Notes: generated from the sequence alone by a model not told the origin. A stretch of 64,000 nt of DNA from Cyanobacteriota bacterium (GCA_033764955.1 JANRIL010000024.1:96001-160000), one strand, 5' to 3'. Counted from the first letter of the stretch, positions 1 through 10,353 are shown. Numbers and translations: made by a program.

Positions 1-989
1 TCAATCCCCAGCCACGCCTGCAAGCGCCAACCGGAAGCATGAGTGAGGGTGAGACGGTGTTGAGTGCCCAGGAAACGCAGACTGTCCACCCGCATCACCA
101 AGGCATTGACACAGCCGGGATGGGATCTCGATACCTGCACCCGTTCAGGGCGGATTGTTACCGTGACTCGCCCCTGCCGAGCATGAGCGCAGGTTAAGAG
201 GGATCCCTGCATCAGTTCCAGCCGATGCCCGTCAGCCTCAGCTTCAAAAAAATTCACTCCACCAAAAAAGCGGGCGGCGGCCTCGGAGGAGGGAGTTTGG
301 TAAAAGTCAGAGGCAGATCCCAGTTGATGCAAGGTTCCCCCAAACATGAGAGCAATCCGATCCGCCATCGCTACGGCCTCCGCCTGATCGTGGGTGACAA
401 TCAGGGTAGTAACCTGGGTTTCGGCCTGTAGTGTCAGGATCAAATCCTGCATTTCCTGTCGCAGACTGGCATCCAAGGCAGAAAGGGGTTCATCTAGCAG
501 CAAGACTTCTGGCTCGATCACCAAAGCACGTGCCAGGGCAACCCGTTGGGCTTGTCCCCCCGACAATTGCGTCGGCTGCCGATGGGCTAGGGATCCCAGT
601 TGCACCCGCTCCAGCATCGCCAGTGCCTTGGCTTCCCGCATCCCTCGACTTTCTCCCCGCATCCTCAGGCCAAAGGCGACATTTTCTAGCACAGTGAGAT
701 ACGGAAACAACAAGCCCTGTTGGAAAACCATCGCCATGCCCCGTTTTTCCGGTGGGATGCGATTGAGGCAGCGATCCCCTAACCAAACCTCCCCGCGATC
801 CGGCTCGATCAGTCCACCAATCATTTGTAGAGTGGTGGATTTGCCACAGCCAGACGGCCCTAGCAAAGCCAGAATCTCTCCACCAGCCAACTTGAGGGAA
901 AGATCCTGAACAACCGCCAAGTGGCGAAATGATTTGTTGAGGGCGACCAGCGAGAGGGAACTGCTCAAGGTGGGCTTTACCCCTAGCAC
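1..989 (-). CDS. ABC transporter ATP-binding protein (PotA/FbpC/CysA-like), truncated by window edge
   Basis: Translated by hand (absent from the ORF track because it has no stop in the window). GTG at 989, then [14 protein letters not shown] (Walker A), MVFQQGLLFPYLTVLENVAFGL, LSGGQAQRVALARAL, LLLDEP. Confidence 0.88.
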   Translation of the reverse strand, partial: MLGVKPTLSSSLSLVALNKSFRHLAVVQDLSLKLAGGEILALLGPSGCGKSTTLQMIGGLIEPDRGEVWLGDRCLNRIPPEKRGMAMVFQQGLLFPYLTVLENVAFGLRMRGESRGMREAKALAMLERVQLGSLAHRQPTQLSGGQAQRVALARALVIEPEVLLLDEPLSALDASLRQEMQDLILTLQAETQVTTLIVTHDQAEAVAMADRIALMFGGTLHQLGSASDFYQTPSSEAAARFFGGVNFFEAEADGHRLELMQGSLLTCAHARQGRVTVTIRPERVQVSRSHPGCVNALVMRVDSLRFLGTQHRLTLTHASGWRLQAWLGI

Positions 990-1015
990 AACGATTTCTC
1001 AAGATTATCGGATAT

Positions 1016-1031
1016 ATCTAGATATCTAGAT
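1016..1031. promoter_or_regulatory. perfect 16-bp palindrome ATCTAGATATCTAGAT, candidate operator
   Basis: Self-complementary; lies 27 bp upstream of the GTG start of the minus-strand ABC ATPase. Confidence 0.35.
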
Positions 1032-1239
1032 GAGTAAATCCTGAGAATTACCTGATGGGGTTGATTTCTGAGATGTTCGAGGCTATTTGCTGCCGCTGCC
1101 TTTTGCCGCTGGACTTTGGAACCCTCCAGTCGTCTGCTCGCAGGCTGGGGAATTTTTACAAAAATGCTTATACGTTACAAAATTTGCAGCAACATCGGAG
1201 ATAGTAAGGATCACACCCCCATCTGCTAGGGAGGCAGTC

Positions 1240-1293
1240 ATGCCTATAGGCGCTAAAAAACAAGGTAACTCGCCTGGCACCTGTAACTGCTGA
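1240..1293 (+). CDS. putative 17-aa small/leader peptide MPIGAKKQGNSPGTCNC
   Basis: Strong GGAGG Shine-Dalgarno directly upstream of ATG 1240; ends about 100 bp before the amino-acid ABC permease. Confidence 0.3.
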   Translation: MPIGAKKQGNSPGTCNC

Positions 1294-1395
1294 CCGGATC
1301 CCGAATGATTTTTCTCTTGAGAAAAACCTGGTGAGCAGGGATGAGGAGTAATCGATTGACTAACTATTGACTACAAACTTAGGAATGGGGAGGGC

Positions 1396-2154
1396 GTGGC
1401 TATCGTGTATCTTGATGGATCCAGTTGGACGGATTGGTTAGATTGGCTGCCTTCCTCCTCCGATATGTCCTCGTTGCTCTTGGCACAAACGGGGTTTCGT
1501 CTAGATTTTGGCAAGATTTGGGATAGAGTTCCTTTTATTTTGGGTGGCATCAACGTTACTCTTCAATTCACTCTCCTGTCAGTGGTGTTTGGCTTTACCT
1601 GGGGAATTATCCTGGCTCTTCTCAAAATCTCGAATATCCCCCCGGTTAAGTGGTTGGCTGCCGCCTATACCTCGATCTTTCGCGGCACTCCCTTGATCTT
1701 GCAACTCAGCCTGATTTATTTTGCTACCCCCCAACTCACGGGCTATAACATCTCCCCTCTGCAAGCGGGCGTCCTGACCTTCAGCCTCAACTCAGGAGCC
1801 TATACCTCCGAAACGATTCGGGGGGGTATCTTAGCGGTAGATAAAGGGCAGTGGGATGCCTCCGCCTCTCTAGGGATCCCTTATCGCTCGATGATGCTCG
1901 ACATTATCTTTCCACAAGCCCTGAAAAATATCCTGCCCGCTATGGTCAATGAGAGTATTGCCCTTCTTAAGGATTCGGCGTTGGTGTCGGTGATCGGTGT
2001 TGTGGATGTGATGCGGCGGGCACAAATTGTCGGCTCAGAAAAATACATTTATTTTGAGCCTTTGTTAATGGCAGGATTGATTTACTATGTGATGGTAATT
2101 GGCTTAACCTCGCTGGCTCAGACGTTTGAATTGAGGCTACGGAAAAGTGATTAA
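1396..2154 (+). CDS. polar amino acid ABC transporter permease (GlnP/ArtQ/HisM family)
   Basis: [28 protein letters not shown]-loop region [22 protein letters not shown]. Confidence 0.92.
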   Translation: MAIVYLDGSSWTDWLDWLPSSSDMSSLLLAQTGFRLDFGKIWDRVPFILGGINVTLQFTLLSVVFGFTWGIILALLKISNIPPVKWLAAAYTSIFRGTPLILQLSLIYFATPQLTGYNISPLQAGVLTFSLNSGAYTSETIRGGILAVDKGQWDASASLGIPYRSMMLDIIFPQALKNILPAMVNESIALLKDSALVSVIGVVDVMRRAQIVGSEKYIYFEPLLMAGLIYYVMVIGLTSLAQTFELRLRKSD

Positions 2155-2869
2155 AGTTGAGAATCTCCACAAATCTTTTGGATCCCTGCAAGTTCTGAAA
2201 GGTATCACCACCGAAATTGAGAAGGGCACCGTTGTTGCTGTGATTGGGCCTTCCGGCTGTGGCAAATCCACTTTCTTGCGCTGTCTGAATCGCCTGGAGG
2301 TAGCCACCTCTGGACAGATTACGATTGATGGCGTAGAGGTGACCCATCCCAAAACGGATATCCTCAAGTTGCGGCAAAAAGTGGGAATGGTGTTTCAACA
2401 TTTCAACATTTTTCCCCACATGACGGTGTTAGAAAATTTGATGTATGCTCCCGTCAAGGTCAAGCGGGTGAGCAAAGCCCAAGCCGAGCAAAAGGGTAAA
2501 GACCTCTTGACACGGGTAGGTTTAGCCGACAAAGCAGATGTCTATCCCAACCGTCTCTCCGGTGGACAAAAGCAGCGGGTAGCGATTGCCCGTTCCCTCG
2601 CCATGGAACCAGAGGTGATGCTCTTTGATGAACCCACGTCGGCGTTGGATCCGGAAATGGTCAGGGAGGTCTTGGATGTGATGAAGGCTCTGGCGCGGGA
2701 ACACATGACGATGGCGATTGTCACCCATGAGATGGGCTTTGCCCGCGAAGTGGCGGATCGCGTCTGCTTTTTTGACAGTGGTTATTTGGTGGAAGATGCG
2801 CCTCCGGCTCAATTTTTTAGCCATCCCCAGGCCGAACGAGCCAAGCAGTTTTTAGAAAAAATGCTCTGA
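2147..2869 (+). CDS. polar amino acid ABC transporter ATP-binding protein (GlnQ family)
   Basis: [41 protein letters not shown]; overlaps the permease stop. Confidence 0.95.
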   Translation: MIKVENLHKSFGSLQVLKGITTEIEKGTVVAVIGPSGCGKSTFLRCLNRLEVATSGQITIDGVEVTHPKTDILKLRQKVGMVFQHFNIFPHMTVLENLMYAPVKVKRVSKAQAEQKGKDLLTRVGLADKADVYPNRLSGGQKQRVAIARSLAMEPEVMLFDEPTSALDPEMVREVLDVMKALAREHMTMAIVTHEMGFAREVADRVCFFDSGYLVEDAPPAQFFSHPQAERAKQFLEKML

Positions 2870-2885
2870 AATCATTCTCCGAACT

Positions 2886-3980
2886 TTAGGTTTGAATTTG
2901 CTCAACAACCGCTTTGGCTCGGTTAGCAACATCGATGGGCAAGGGCAAGTAACCGAGATCAGGAGAACGATTTTGTCCGTCTGTGAGTGCCCATAACAGA
3001 ACCTGCTTGAGGGCTTCTGCTTTATTGGGATCCTCATAACGACGATAGGCCAAAATCCACGTATAGGTGACAATCGGGAAGGCTGTGGATCCGGTTGGAT
3101 CATCCACAAAGGCTCGTAAGTTTTCAGGGAGCTTGACTTCATTCAGGGCGCTGAGAGCCGATTCTGGGGTCGGCAAAATATAGTTGCCCGCTTGATTTTC
3201 TAGAGCGGCCATCGAGAGATCCAATTCTTTGGCATAAACATATTCCACATACGCAATCACCCCCTCGGCCAGTTGAACTTGGGCACTTACCCCTTCATTG
3301 CCTTTGGCTCCCGCTCCCGTCGGCCAATTCACCACCACTCCGGATCCCACCTGCTCCTTCCATGCGGCGTTGATAGCACTCAAATGTTTGGTAAAGGTGG
3401 CGGTGGTTCCGCTGCCATCAGCTCGATAGACCACAACAATGGGTAGATCCGGTAGGCTTAGATCGGGGTTAAGTTCAGCAATTTTGGGATCCCGCCATTG
3501 GGTGATTTTCCCTAGAAATATCTCGGCTAGTAGAGAACGAGAAAGCTTCAGTCCACTGCTAATCCCAGGGAGGTTATAGCAGACCACCACACTGCCTGCT
3601 GTCATGGGAATTAACAATGCCCCCTGCTTGACTTGCGCCATTTCTGGATCGGTCATGGCGATATCACTGGCTCCAAAATCGGTAGTGTTATCGATAAACT
3701 GCCGGATCCCGGCGGCAGTACCTACCGCCTGATAATTGACTTGAATGGAAGGATTGATTTGATTAAAATCCACAAACCAGCGTTGATACAGTAAGGCCGG
3801 AAATGTTGCCCCTGCCCCCGTGATGGCAATGATGGGTTGCTCAGGTGACTTGCTTGACTGGGATCCCGTAGTGGAGGGGAAGGGAGAGGGCGCTCGTCGT
3901 TCACAAGATATCCAACCTAAACTCAACATTGAGGTTAAGCCTGTGAGAACCGTTCGCCGATGCAAAGATCGTTTTTCCAT
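2886..3980 (-). CDS. pstS: phosphate ABC transporter substrate-binding protein PstS
   Basis: GAGATFPA, DFGASD, RADGSGTT, GKGNEGV-like motif, YVEY, FPIVTYTW; N-terminal RR plus hydrophobic segment and Cys. Confidence 0.93.
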   Translation of the reverse strand: MEKRSLHRRTVLTGLTSMLSLGWISCERRAPSPFPSTTGSQSSKSPEQPIIAITGAGATFPALLYQRWFVDFNQINPSIQVNYQAVGTAAGIRQFIDNTTDFGASDIAMTDPEMAQVKQGALLIPMTAGSVVVCYNLPGISSGLKLSRSLLAEIFLGKITQWRDPKIAELNPDLSLPDLPIVVVYRADGSGTTATFTKHLSAINAAWKEQVGSGVVVNWPTGAGAKGNEGVSAQVQLAEGVIAYVEYVYAKELDLSMAALENQAGNYILPTPESALSALNEVKLPENLRAFVDDPTGSTAFPIVTYTWILAYRRYEDPNKAEALKQVLLWALTDGQNRSPDLGYLPLPIDVANRAKAVVEQIQT

Positions 3981-4064
3981 AAGATAATACTCCCAAATTT
4001 GAATTTTTTACTTGTCAGTTTAGCTATTTTTGATAGTTGTTTTTGAGTATTAAGCCTGACAAAA

Positions 4065-5249
4065 TCAAGCCTGACAACGATCTCCAATTCGGCTCTGACA
4101 CTGGGTAATTTCTTGAGGGGTTAAGTCTTGCCATTCGACATCACGGCGCAACACCAACCCGTTATGTCCGGTTAAGAAACGGGGGAGTTCTCCCTGATCA
4201 ATAACCACGAGTGTTTGCATGTTATAAGTTGTATAAATGGTATCAGATTTTTGAAAATCAACATCCACGAGAGTGAGGGTTTTGCGGGGGGGTAGAGGGC
4301 TGTTCACGAGTGGGCGAGGGCCACTTCCCAAAATACCGCTGTGCAACAGTTGCAGTTGACCTTTGTGACCGGGATAGTAGGAATGATGATGACCGCTAAT
4401 GTAGGTATGGACGCGATATCGTTCTAATAATTCCCGCTTTTGATCCGCTTCGCTTAAGACCTCTCCCGGCTCATCTCGCCCCACAGAAATGGCATAGAGA
4501 GGAAGATGTCCGATCACCATTCGTAATTTGGCCGATTGAGCCAGTTCGCTAGCCAAACTGGTTTCAGCCCAAGTGATTTGTTCGGGTGGGATCCGGTTGG
4601 AAGAAGCATCCCAAACCAGGTAAAAAATATCTCGATGGCGAAACGTATAGTAAAAGGGAAATCCGGCTCGATCCACAAATTCAACGCCCGGATCATGATC
4701 GGGATCATTCCAATATTCCGAGGCTAAATCCCGCTCCTGTTGAAAGAGAAACTTGTTGGTCACGGAGAGGGCACTTGAAGCATCGTGGTTGCCAACCGTG
4801 AAGCCATAGGGAAGCTTAGCTTGCCGAAGTGGAGCCGCCACATGCTGATCAAAGGCTTGCCACATGGCTCGAATTCGTTCCGGTTTGAGGCGTGGATCCT
4901 GGCCTGCCACCATATCGCCACCGCCCAAGACAATATCGGGATCCCAGTGGGGAAGGAGCGCCATCGCCCGATCAACCTCTGGGTCGTAATCTACCGATCC
5001 ATACATGCTGTTCATATCGCTGATCACCATCAACCGCACATCGCGGCGGGACGGGATCCACAGCCCTTGGGGAGCCTCCGCCACAGTTAAAACGGTGGGG
5101 GTACTGGCGGGAGTTGCTGGGGGAGGGGAAATGACGGGAGGGGAGGAAACGTTGGGAGTTTGTCGAACTGGACGCTGACTCAAGCCCAGACCTGCTCCTG
5201 CCATCAGACCCCCCGCTAGGCTGGTCCAGATCAATGCTCGGCGTCTCAC
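4065..5249 (-). CDS. exported calcineurin-like metallophosphoesterase
   Basis: SD-N, GGDM, GNHD, GH, SGHHH motifs; MRRR-led twin-arginine-type signal peptide. Confidence 0.88.
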   Translation of the reverse strand: MRRRALIWTSLAGGLMAGAGLGLSQRPVRQTPNVSSPPVISPPPATPASTPTVLTVAEAPQGLWIPSRRDVRLMVISDMNSMYGSVDYDPEVDRAMALLPHWDPDIVLGGGDMVAGQDPRLKPERIRAMWQAFDQHVAAPLRQAKLPYGFTVGNHDASSALSVTNKFLFQQERDLASEYWNDPDHDPGVEFVDRAGFPFYYTFRHRDIFYLVWDASSNRIPPEQITWAETSLASELAQSAKLRMVIGHLPLYAISVGRDEPGEVLSEADQKRELLERYRVHTYISGHHHSYYPGHKGQLQLLHSGILGSGPRPLVNSPLPPRKTLTLVDVDFQKSDTIYTTYNMQTLVVIDQGELPRFLTGHNGLVLRRDVEWQDLTPQEITQCQSRIGDRCQA

Positions 5250-5294
5250 CCTTTCACCTCATCCGCCTTACTTTAGGAGTCGCAGCAGGGATCC

Positions 5295-5696
5295 CTAAAA
5301 CCACTGCTGGGCATAAAGCCGTTGCACTATATAAAACACCGCTAGCGGCACATCAACTTTCCGCTCGTCAATCATAAACGATTCGACGGTGCTGACCTCT
5401 ACCCCGTCACTGCTGCAACTAAAAAACTTAGCTCCACTCAAAGATTGTTCGGCAAATAGGATCGTAAAGCTGCGTCGCCCCTGCCCGAAGCTACCCACAA
5501 GGGTTTGTCCATCGAGGGTGAGTTGCAGATCGGTTACCCCGCGCTTGGCAAAAGCAGCTTGGGCAACCGGAATCAAATCCTCCTGGATCATCTGGGAAAA
5601 AGGTTTTTCCGGTTTTTCTTCTTTGGGCTTTTTGGCTTTCGTCGAAGCTTTTGGGGTTAATTCGGCTTCGGGGGTTAGGTTGGCATCGCTGGGCAT
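5295..5696 (-). CDS. DUF2996 family protein (NdhV-like)
   Basis: KPF..I...LIP, STVESFMIDERK, YIVQRLYAQQW motifs. Confidence 0.75.
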   Translation of the reverse strand: MPSDANLTPEAELTPKASTKAKKPKEEKPEKPFSQMIQEDLIPVAQAAFAKRGVTDLQLTLDGQTLVGSFGQGRRSFTILFAEQSLSGAKFFSCSSDGVEVSTVESFMIDERKVDVPLAVFYIVQRLYAQQWF

Positions 5697-5810
5697 TCGA
5701 TTCTCCTCATGACTCAGGGCACAAAACGATTCCCCGCTGGGGGTGATGGGCTGGTGACTCGGTAGGGATCCCGAAGGTAGGCATCCGCAAACCGTCGGCG
5801 GGTCGCTGGC

Positions 5811-6176
5811 TTAACTGCTGGGTAGATATTGCCCGCTAATTTGTTCAGCAGGCACCTGGGGAAAGCCCATGCTGTAATTCAAAACGCGACTGTTCAGATT
5901 GTAGGCAAGTTTGCCCTGCCGTAGCAGGGAGCGGATCAAGTGTTCCACATCAGAGCCAATGCGCCGCAGGTTGTATTCGGTTAAATCCCGTCCGGCAAAA
6001 TCAGCCACCCGCTGGTCAAAGTAGTCGTAAACCGCCTGTAAAGCCTGATCGTTCCAAACCAATTCGTTGTCGGGATCCACATCCAACGTCAGTAAATTAT
6101 CTCTGGGCACCATCTCTAGGCTGTCGGTAATCTCAGCCGCAAAAATATGCACATGGCGAGTGATTGACTTTAACAT
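5811..6176 (-). CDS. ndhM: NAD(P)H-quinone oxidoreductase subunit M
   Basis: MLKS.TRHVHIFAAEI, LTLDVDPDNE, LTEYNLRRIGSD, NYSMG.P. Confidence 0.93.
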   Translation of the reverse strand: MLKSITRHVHIFAAEITDSLEMVPRDNLLTLDVDPDNELVWNDQALQAVYDYFDQRVADFAGRDLTEYNLRRIGSDVEHLIRSLLRQGKLAYNLNSRVLNYSMGFPQVPAEQISGQYLPSS

Positions 6177-6266
6177 CCGCGTTTCTCTTCCGGTTGAGTT
6201 AAGGAGGCTTCCTAGGGCGAAAGCACTCTCATCCTACCGTCAGTCTCAAATTTTGGGGGAGGGTTT

Positions 6267-6482
6267 TTAGCGGCGCTTGCGGGATCCCCAATACTGCAAG
6301 ATCCAGGCGGCGGCAGAGGGATCCCCCTCATCCCAGGCAAGCCGCTCAATCGTGGCAATCACCTTGGCGCGAATGGCATCCGCATGCATGTGGGACTGAA
6401 GCTGAGCAATCGCCAGTGTCGCTTGATCCAGATTGCGAGTCCGAATGGCACGAGTCAGCAGATCTGACATAAGCGGATCCAC
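6267..6482 (-). CDS. hypothetical small protein
   Basis: 71-aa ORF with amphipathic helical composition, same strand as ndhM; may start at the MSDLL Met. Confidence 0.55.
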   Translation of the reverse strand: MDPLMSDLLTRAIRTRNLDQATLAIAQLQSHMHADAIRAKVIATIERLAWDEGDPSAAAWILQYWGSRKRR

Positions 6483-6833
6483 AAGTTGATTGGATCCCTT
6501 TTGCCATAGAATTTAAGGCAATTAAGAATTCCTTTAGGGTTTCTTCCGCTTGCCATAAGTGAATGTAAACCAATCGTTGGCAGACGGATCGAAAGATTGC
6601 TTTTTATCGAAAAGATTACCAAGCAACGGGTGAGATTTACTCGACTTCATCGTCACGATCAAAAGTTTACGGTTGCTTTACAGCTAAAGCTTGCCACGAT
6701 TTCCCCCACCTAGCTGGGTGTCACTAGTTACGGTTTTTCTCCCTCCCCCGGCACGAGCAGTCAAGCCGTGTTGAAATCACTTCCCTGACAGTGCTAGATT
6801 TGCTGCACCACTATGTATCAAATCGTTGCGAAG

Positions 6834-7427
6834 ATGAACGATCCCTACCAAATCCTGGGTGTTTCTCATCAAGCTGATTGGGCTGAAATTAAGGCCGCTT
6901 TTCGCCGACTTGCCCAGAGATACCATCCCGATGTGGCCGGACAAGCCAGTGAGGAAACCTTCAAAACCATCAATGCCGCCTATCGTCTCTTGATCGATCC
7001 TCACCAACGCCAAATTTGGGATGAGGAGCATCTGGTCTCCTCTGGGATCCCTCGCTCCTCCTCTCGCACCAACACCTCAGTAGGGGTGCGCGTCACGGTG
7101 CAACCAAGGGTGGAGGAGCCGCAGCCCCCCCCTGCCCTAGAGCCGCAGATCCTCAAAAAAATTCAGATAGTTCGAGAGGCGATGCGCAACCAGAAATTGA
7201 TGTTTGCTGTGCATCAAGCCGAACTTCTCAAGCAGACTTATCCCGATCACCCGCGAGTCAATCATGTCTTGGCGCTCGCTTACTATCGCTTGGGACACGC
7301 CTTTGCCCAAAGACGGGAGAGAAAGTTGGCCGAGTCCTACTTAGAAAAAGCCCACCTGACGGATCCCGATGATCTGGGTTTGGCCTTTGATATTCAGCGG
7401 GCACGGGCATTGCTTGAGAGAAAGTAG
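6834..7427 (+). CDS. DnaJ-domain protein with C-terminal TPR
   Basis: DPYQILGV...YHPD...FKTINAAY J-domain; TPR-like helices at the C-terminus. The ORF track allows a start at 6813. Confidence 0.88.
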   Translation: MNDPYQILGVSHQADWAEIKAAFRRLAQRYHPDVAGQASEETFKTINAAYRLLIDPHQRQIWDEEHLVSSGIPRSSSRTNTSVGVRVTVQPRVEEPQPPPALEPQILKKIQIVREAMRNQKLMFAVHQAELLKQTYPDHPRVNHVLALAYYRLGHAFAQRRERKLAESYLEKAHLTDPDDLGLAFDIQRARALLERK

Positions 7428-7506
7428 CCTACCTCCAGGGTAATAGCAATCGCATCTAATCCGTGAGGAGATTCCTTGTCCAAATGTAAACTGTTCGCAG
7501 TAAGTT

Positions 7507-8274
7507 TTATTCAATCGCCCCGTAGCTCTGCAACAATTCAACAATACTGCGGTGCTGGCGGCGCAGGGCATAACTGAGGGGAGTCAGTCCCTCTTGGTTG
7601 CGAGGGTTGAGGGTGGCACCTTTATGAATCAATAACTCTACTACCGGTAGGTGTCCCTCCCAAACTGCCCAGTGGAGGGGAGTGGCTCCGTGGCGGTTGG
7701 GGGCATTGATGGCAGCTCCGTACATTAACAAAAAGCTAACAATTCCCTGATGGCCACGGGCGGCGGCCTCGTGCAGAGGGGTACGTCCATCCGCATCCGC
7801 TACATCCACCTGTGCTCCTTTCGACAAGAGGCGAGCCAGGATTCCTTTCCGTCCCGTGCTAGCCGCCCAGTGCATCAAGACTCCACTATCACCCCCCTTG
7901 TTCAAGAGCATCTCGATCACTTCCACCTGATCGGAGAGGGCTGCTCGGTGCAAAGGCGTATAGCCGTGGCGATCCGGCAGGTTGAGGTCGGCTCCCTGTT
8001 CAATTAAAAACAAGGCCAGATCCCGATGTCCCAAAAAAACCGCCACATGCAGAGGGGTAGCTCCGTTTAGGTCTTGGGCATCCACTACCGATCCCAGATT
8101 GATTAGATATTTTGCCAACCCCAGATGTCCCCAGGCGGCTACTTTGTGCAGAGGGGTATGGCCATAGGGATCCGCCAGTTGGGCATTTTCTCCCGTCTGA
8201 AGGCATCTTACCACCGCTTCTTCATCCTGTTTGTCAAGGGCTTGGTGCAGTGTGTCGCTGTTCATGTCACCCAT
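7507..8274 (-). CDS. ankyrin repeat protein
   Basis: Multiple G-TPLH-A repeats. Confidence 0.93.
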   Translation of the reverse strand: MGDMNSDTLHQALDKQDEEAVVRCLQTGENAQLADPYGHTPLHKVAAWGHLGLAKYLINLGSVVDAQDLNGATPLHVAVFLGHRDLALFLIEQGADLNLPDRHGYTPLHRAALSDQVEVIEMLLNKGGDSGVLMHWAASTGRKGILARLLSKGAQVDVADADGRTPLHEAAARGHQGIVSFLLMYGAAINAPNRHGATPLHWAVWEGHLPVVELLIHKGATLNPRNQEGLTPLSYALRRQHRSIVELLQSYGAIE

Positions 8275-8448
8275 CTAAAAAGCCTGCTTGGACACGGGGA
8301 TCCTGGGCAAAGTCTAACACTGAACTTCTTGGTTACCTCAAGGGAAAATCTGCTGGGAGGGGGGGGTAAGAAAGCAAAGGGGGAGGATCTGGATTTGGGA
8401 TCCCTTCCTCCGGTAGGATGCTGAATAGACCTAGCCTGGAGAACAATC

Positions 8449-8856
8449 GTGACCTTAGCCGTTCGTGTGATTACGCCCGACCGCACCGTCTGGGATACCC
8501 CCAGTGATGAGGTGATTTTGCCCGCCACATCTGGACAATTGGGGGTATTGACAGGACACGCCCCCCTTTTAACCGCTATTGGAACTGGCGTTATGCGGAT
8601 TAAGGTGGCGGGAGAATGGTCAGCGATTGCCGTCATGGGGGGATTTGCCGAAATCGAAGCCAACGAAGTCACAGTTTTGGTGAATCGAGCCGAACGGGGA
8701 GAGAATGTCAACCAAGCGGCGGCTGAGGCTGCCCGTACCACTGCCGAGCAGATTTTGCAGACCAGCACCGACAAACAGGAACGCCTGCAAGCCAAAACCG
8801 ATCAACAGCGGGCGGTCGCCCTGCTGCAAGCGGCTCAAATGGGCAGCAAAGGTTAG
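8449..8856 (+). CDS. atpC: F1 ATP synthase subunit epsilon
   Basis: [30 protein letters not shown]-terminal helical hairpin. Confidence 0.95.
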   Translation: MTLAVRVITPDRTVWDTPSDEVILPATSGQLGVLTGHAPLLTAIGTGVMRIKVAGEWSAIAVMGGFAEIEANEVTVLVNRAERGENVNQAAAEAARTTAEQILQTSTDKQERLQAKTDQQRAVALLQAAQMGSKG

Positions 8857-8883
8857 AAATGGGAGATCGTCAACGATAGGTTT

Positions 8884-10353
8884 TCAGGTAGAGGATTTTA
8901 GCCATGTCATTAGTTCGCTGGCCTGCCTCTCCGCTTGTTTGACGCAATCCCCCAGGGAAACTCCCTCCTGATAGTTGGCGCAAAGAAAAAAGCCAGGGAT
9001 CCCGGCCTGGATTTCTCGGATGCGCTGCTGTCGCTGTCGATGACCGAGGGTGTATTGAGGGATGGCCGGTTGCCAGAGGCGTTCCCCCAAAAACTGGGGA
9101 TCGGCGGGGCGAGTTAACAATATTTGGCTTAGCTCCTGGTGGATAATCTCCGTTCGCTGGGCGGTGGAAAGTGCCGTAATGGGTGGGATCCCACGGGATC
9201 GGGCGTAGGCGTGATCCGTAGCCCCACCAATAAAGTTAAGAAAACAATGGTAGCCCTGGGGGGCACGTCCTTCAAACAAGCAGGAAGCCCAAATGGTGCC
9301 AAGGGTACGTAGTCCTTGGGAGCGGGGAATGAGATGGCCAAAACCCCGCAGGGGTTGAGGGAGGGCATCGCTAGGATAGCCAAGAGCCACCACCGCCACC
9401 GGAGCATAGGGAATTTGCCCCAAGATGTCGGCCAGATCAGGTTGCCAAGCTTGCAGGAGAGGAGAAGCTACATAAGCAGGAACAGTCAGCACTAGCGAGC
9501 GGGTTTGCAGGAGAGCGGAGCCTGTGGGGGTTGTGCCCTGGAGGAGATACCCTGGGTGGGTGGGCTGGATCCCCGTGACCCGCCAGTTTAAGTGGAGGTG
9601 GGATCCGAGCCTTTGGGCGAGCGCCTCAGGAAGTTGTTGTAACCCCTGGCGAAAATTTCCCAGTTGTCCACGGCGAGGGCGGGGCTGTATATGGGGAGAG
9701 ATGGGTTCTGGGGGGATACGGGGAGCCTGCCAAAACCCCGCCAACAAACTGCCATAGTTGGCCTCTAGGTCGGCAATGCGGGCAAAGGCGGCGGCGGCAC
9801 TTAACTGAGCCGCATCTCCGGCATAAACCCCCGACACAAACGGGATCACCAACCGCTGCACCACTTCGGATCCCAGTTGCCGCCGAAAAAACTGCTCGAC
9901 GCTCTCCTCTCGCCCTGGTGGGGATCCAACAAACCCCAAGACCCCCAACAAAGCCCTCAATTTTCCGCCAATACTCAACAACCGCGAACCGAGCAGGGAT
10001 CCCGGACTCATGGGAATGGGTAGCAGTTCTCCCTCCCAATAGACAAAGCGGGGCAGTTTCCCATCCGCCAGCAGCAGTTGATCCGCTAGCCCCACCTCAG
10101 CAATTAGATTGAGGAGGGCAGGGGTCGGCATAAAGCTGTTGGGGCCTTCCTCCCAACGGTATCCCCCAGCCGAACGGGTAGAGATACACCCCCCAGGGCA
10201 ACTCTGGGCTTCCACAACCACCACACGGATCCCTTGCTGGTGCAGACGCAGAGCTAACGTTAATCCCGTAATGCCCGCTCCCACCACGACTACATCGGCC
10301 TGTTGGGGATCCCCACCAGGGGATGACGATGATAAAAATTCCGTTGAGGACAT
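8884..10353 (-). CDS. hemY: protoporphyrinogen oxidase, HemY type
   Basis: VVGAGITGL FAD motif, WEEGPNSF, PFVSGVYAGD, GFGHLIP, AIPQY..GH. Confidence 0.92.
   Translation of the reverse strand: MSSTEFLSSSSPGGDPQQADVVVVGAGITGLTLALRLHQQGIRVVVVEAQSCPGGCISTRSAGGYRWEEGPNSFMPTPALLNLIAEVGLADQLLLADGKLPRFVYWEGELLPIPMSPGSLLGSRLLSIGGKLRALLGVLGFVGSPPGREESVEQFFRRQLGSEVVQRLVIPFVSGVYAGDAAQLSAAAAFARIADLEANYGSLLAGFWQAPRIPPEPISPHIQPRPRRGQLGNFRQGLQQLPEALAQRLGSHLHLNWRVTGIQPTHPGYLLQGTTPTGSALLQTRSLVLTVPAYVASPLLQAWQPDLADILGQIPYAPVAVVALGYPSDALPQPLRGFGHLIPRSQGLRTLGTIWASCLFEGRAPQGYHCFLNFIGGATDHAYARSRGIPPITALSTAQRTEIIHQELSQILLTRPADPQFLGERLWQPAIPQYTLGHRQRQQRIREIQAGIPGFFLCANYQEGVSLGDCVKQAERQASELMTWLKSST

Noticed and set aside
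394..1002. ORFs 394-909 (+) and 490-1002 (-)
   Set aside because: Antisense or off-frame shadows of the ABC ATPase that runs off the window edge.
3981..4064. Pho box upstream of pstS
   Set aside because: AT-rich, but no tandem PyTTAAPyPy(T/A) repeats at the correct spacing.
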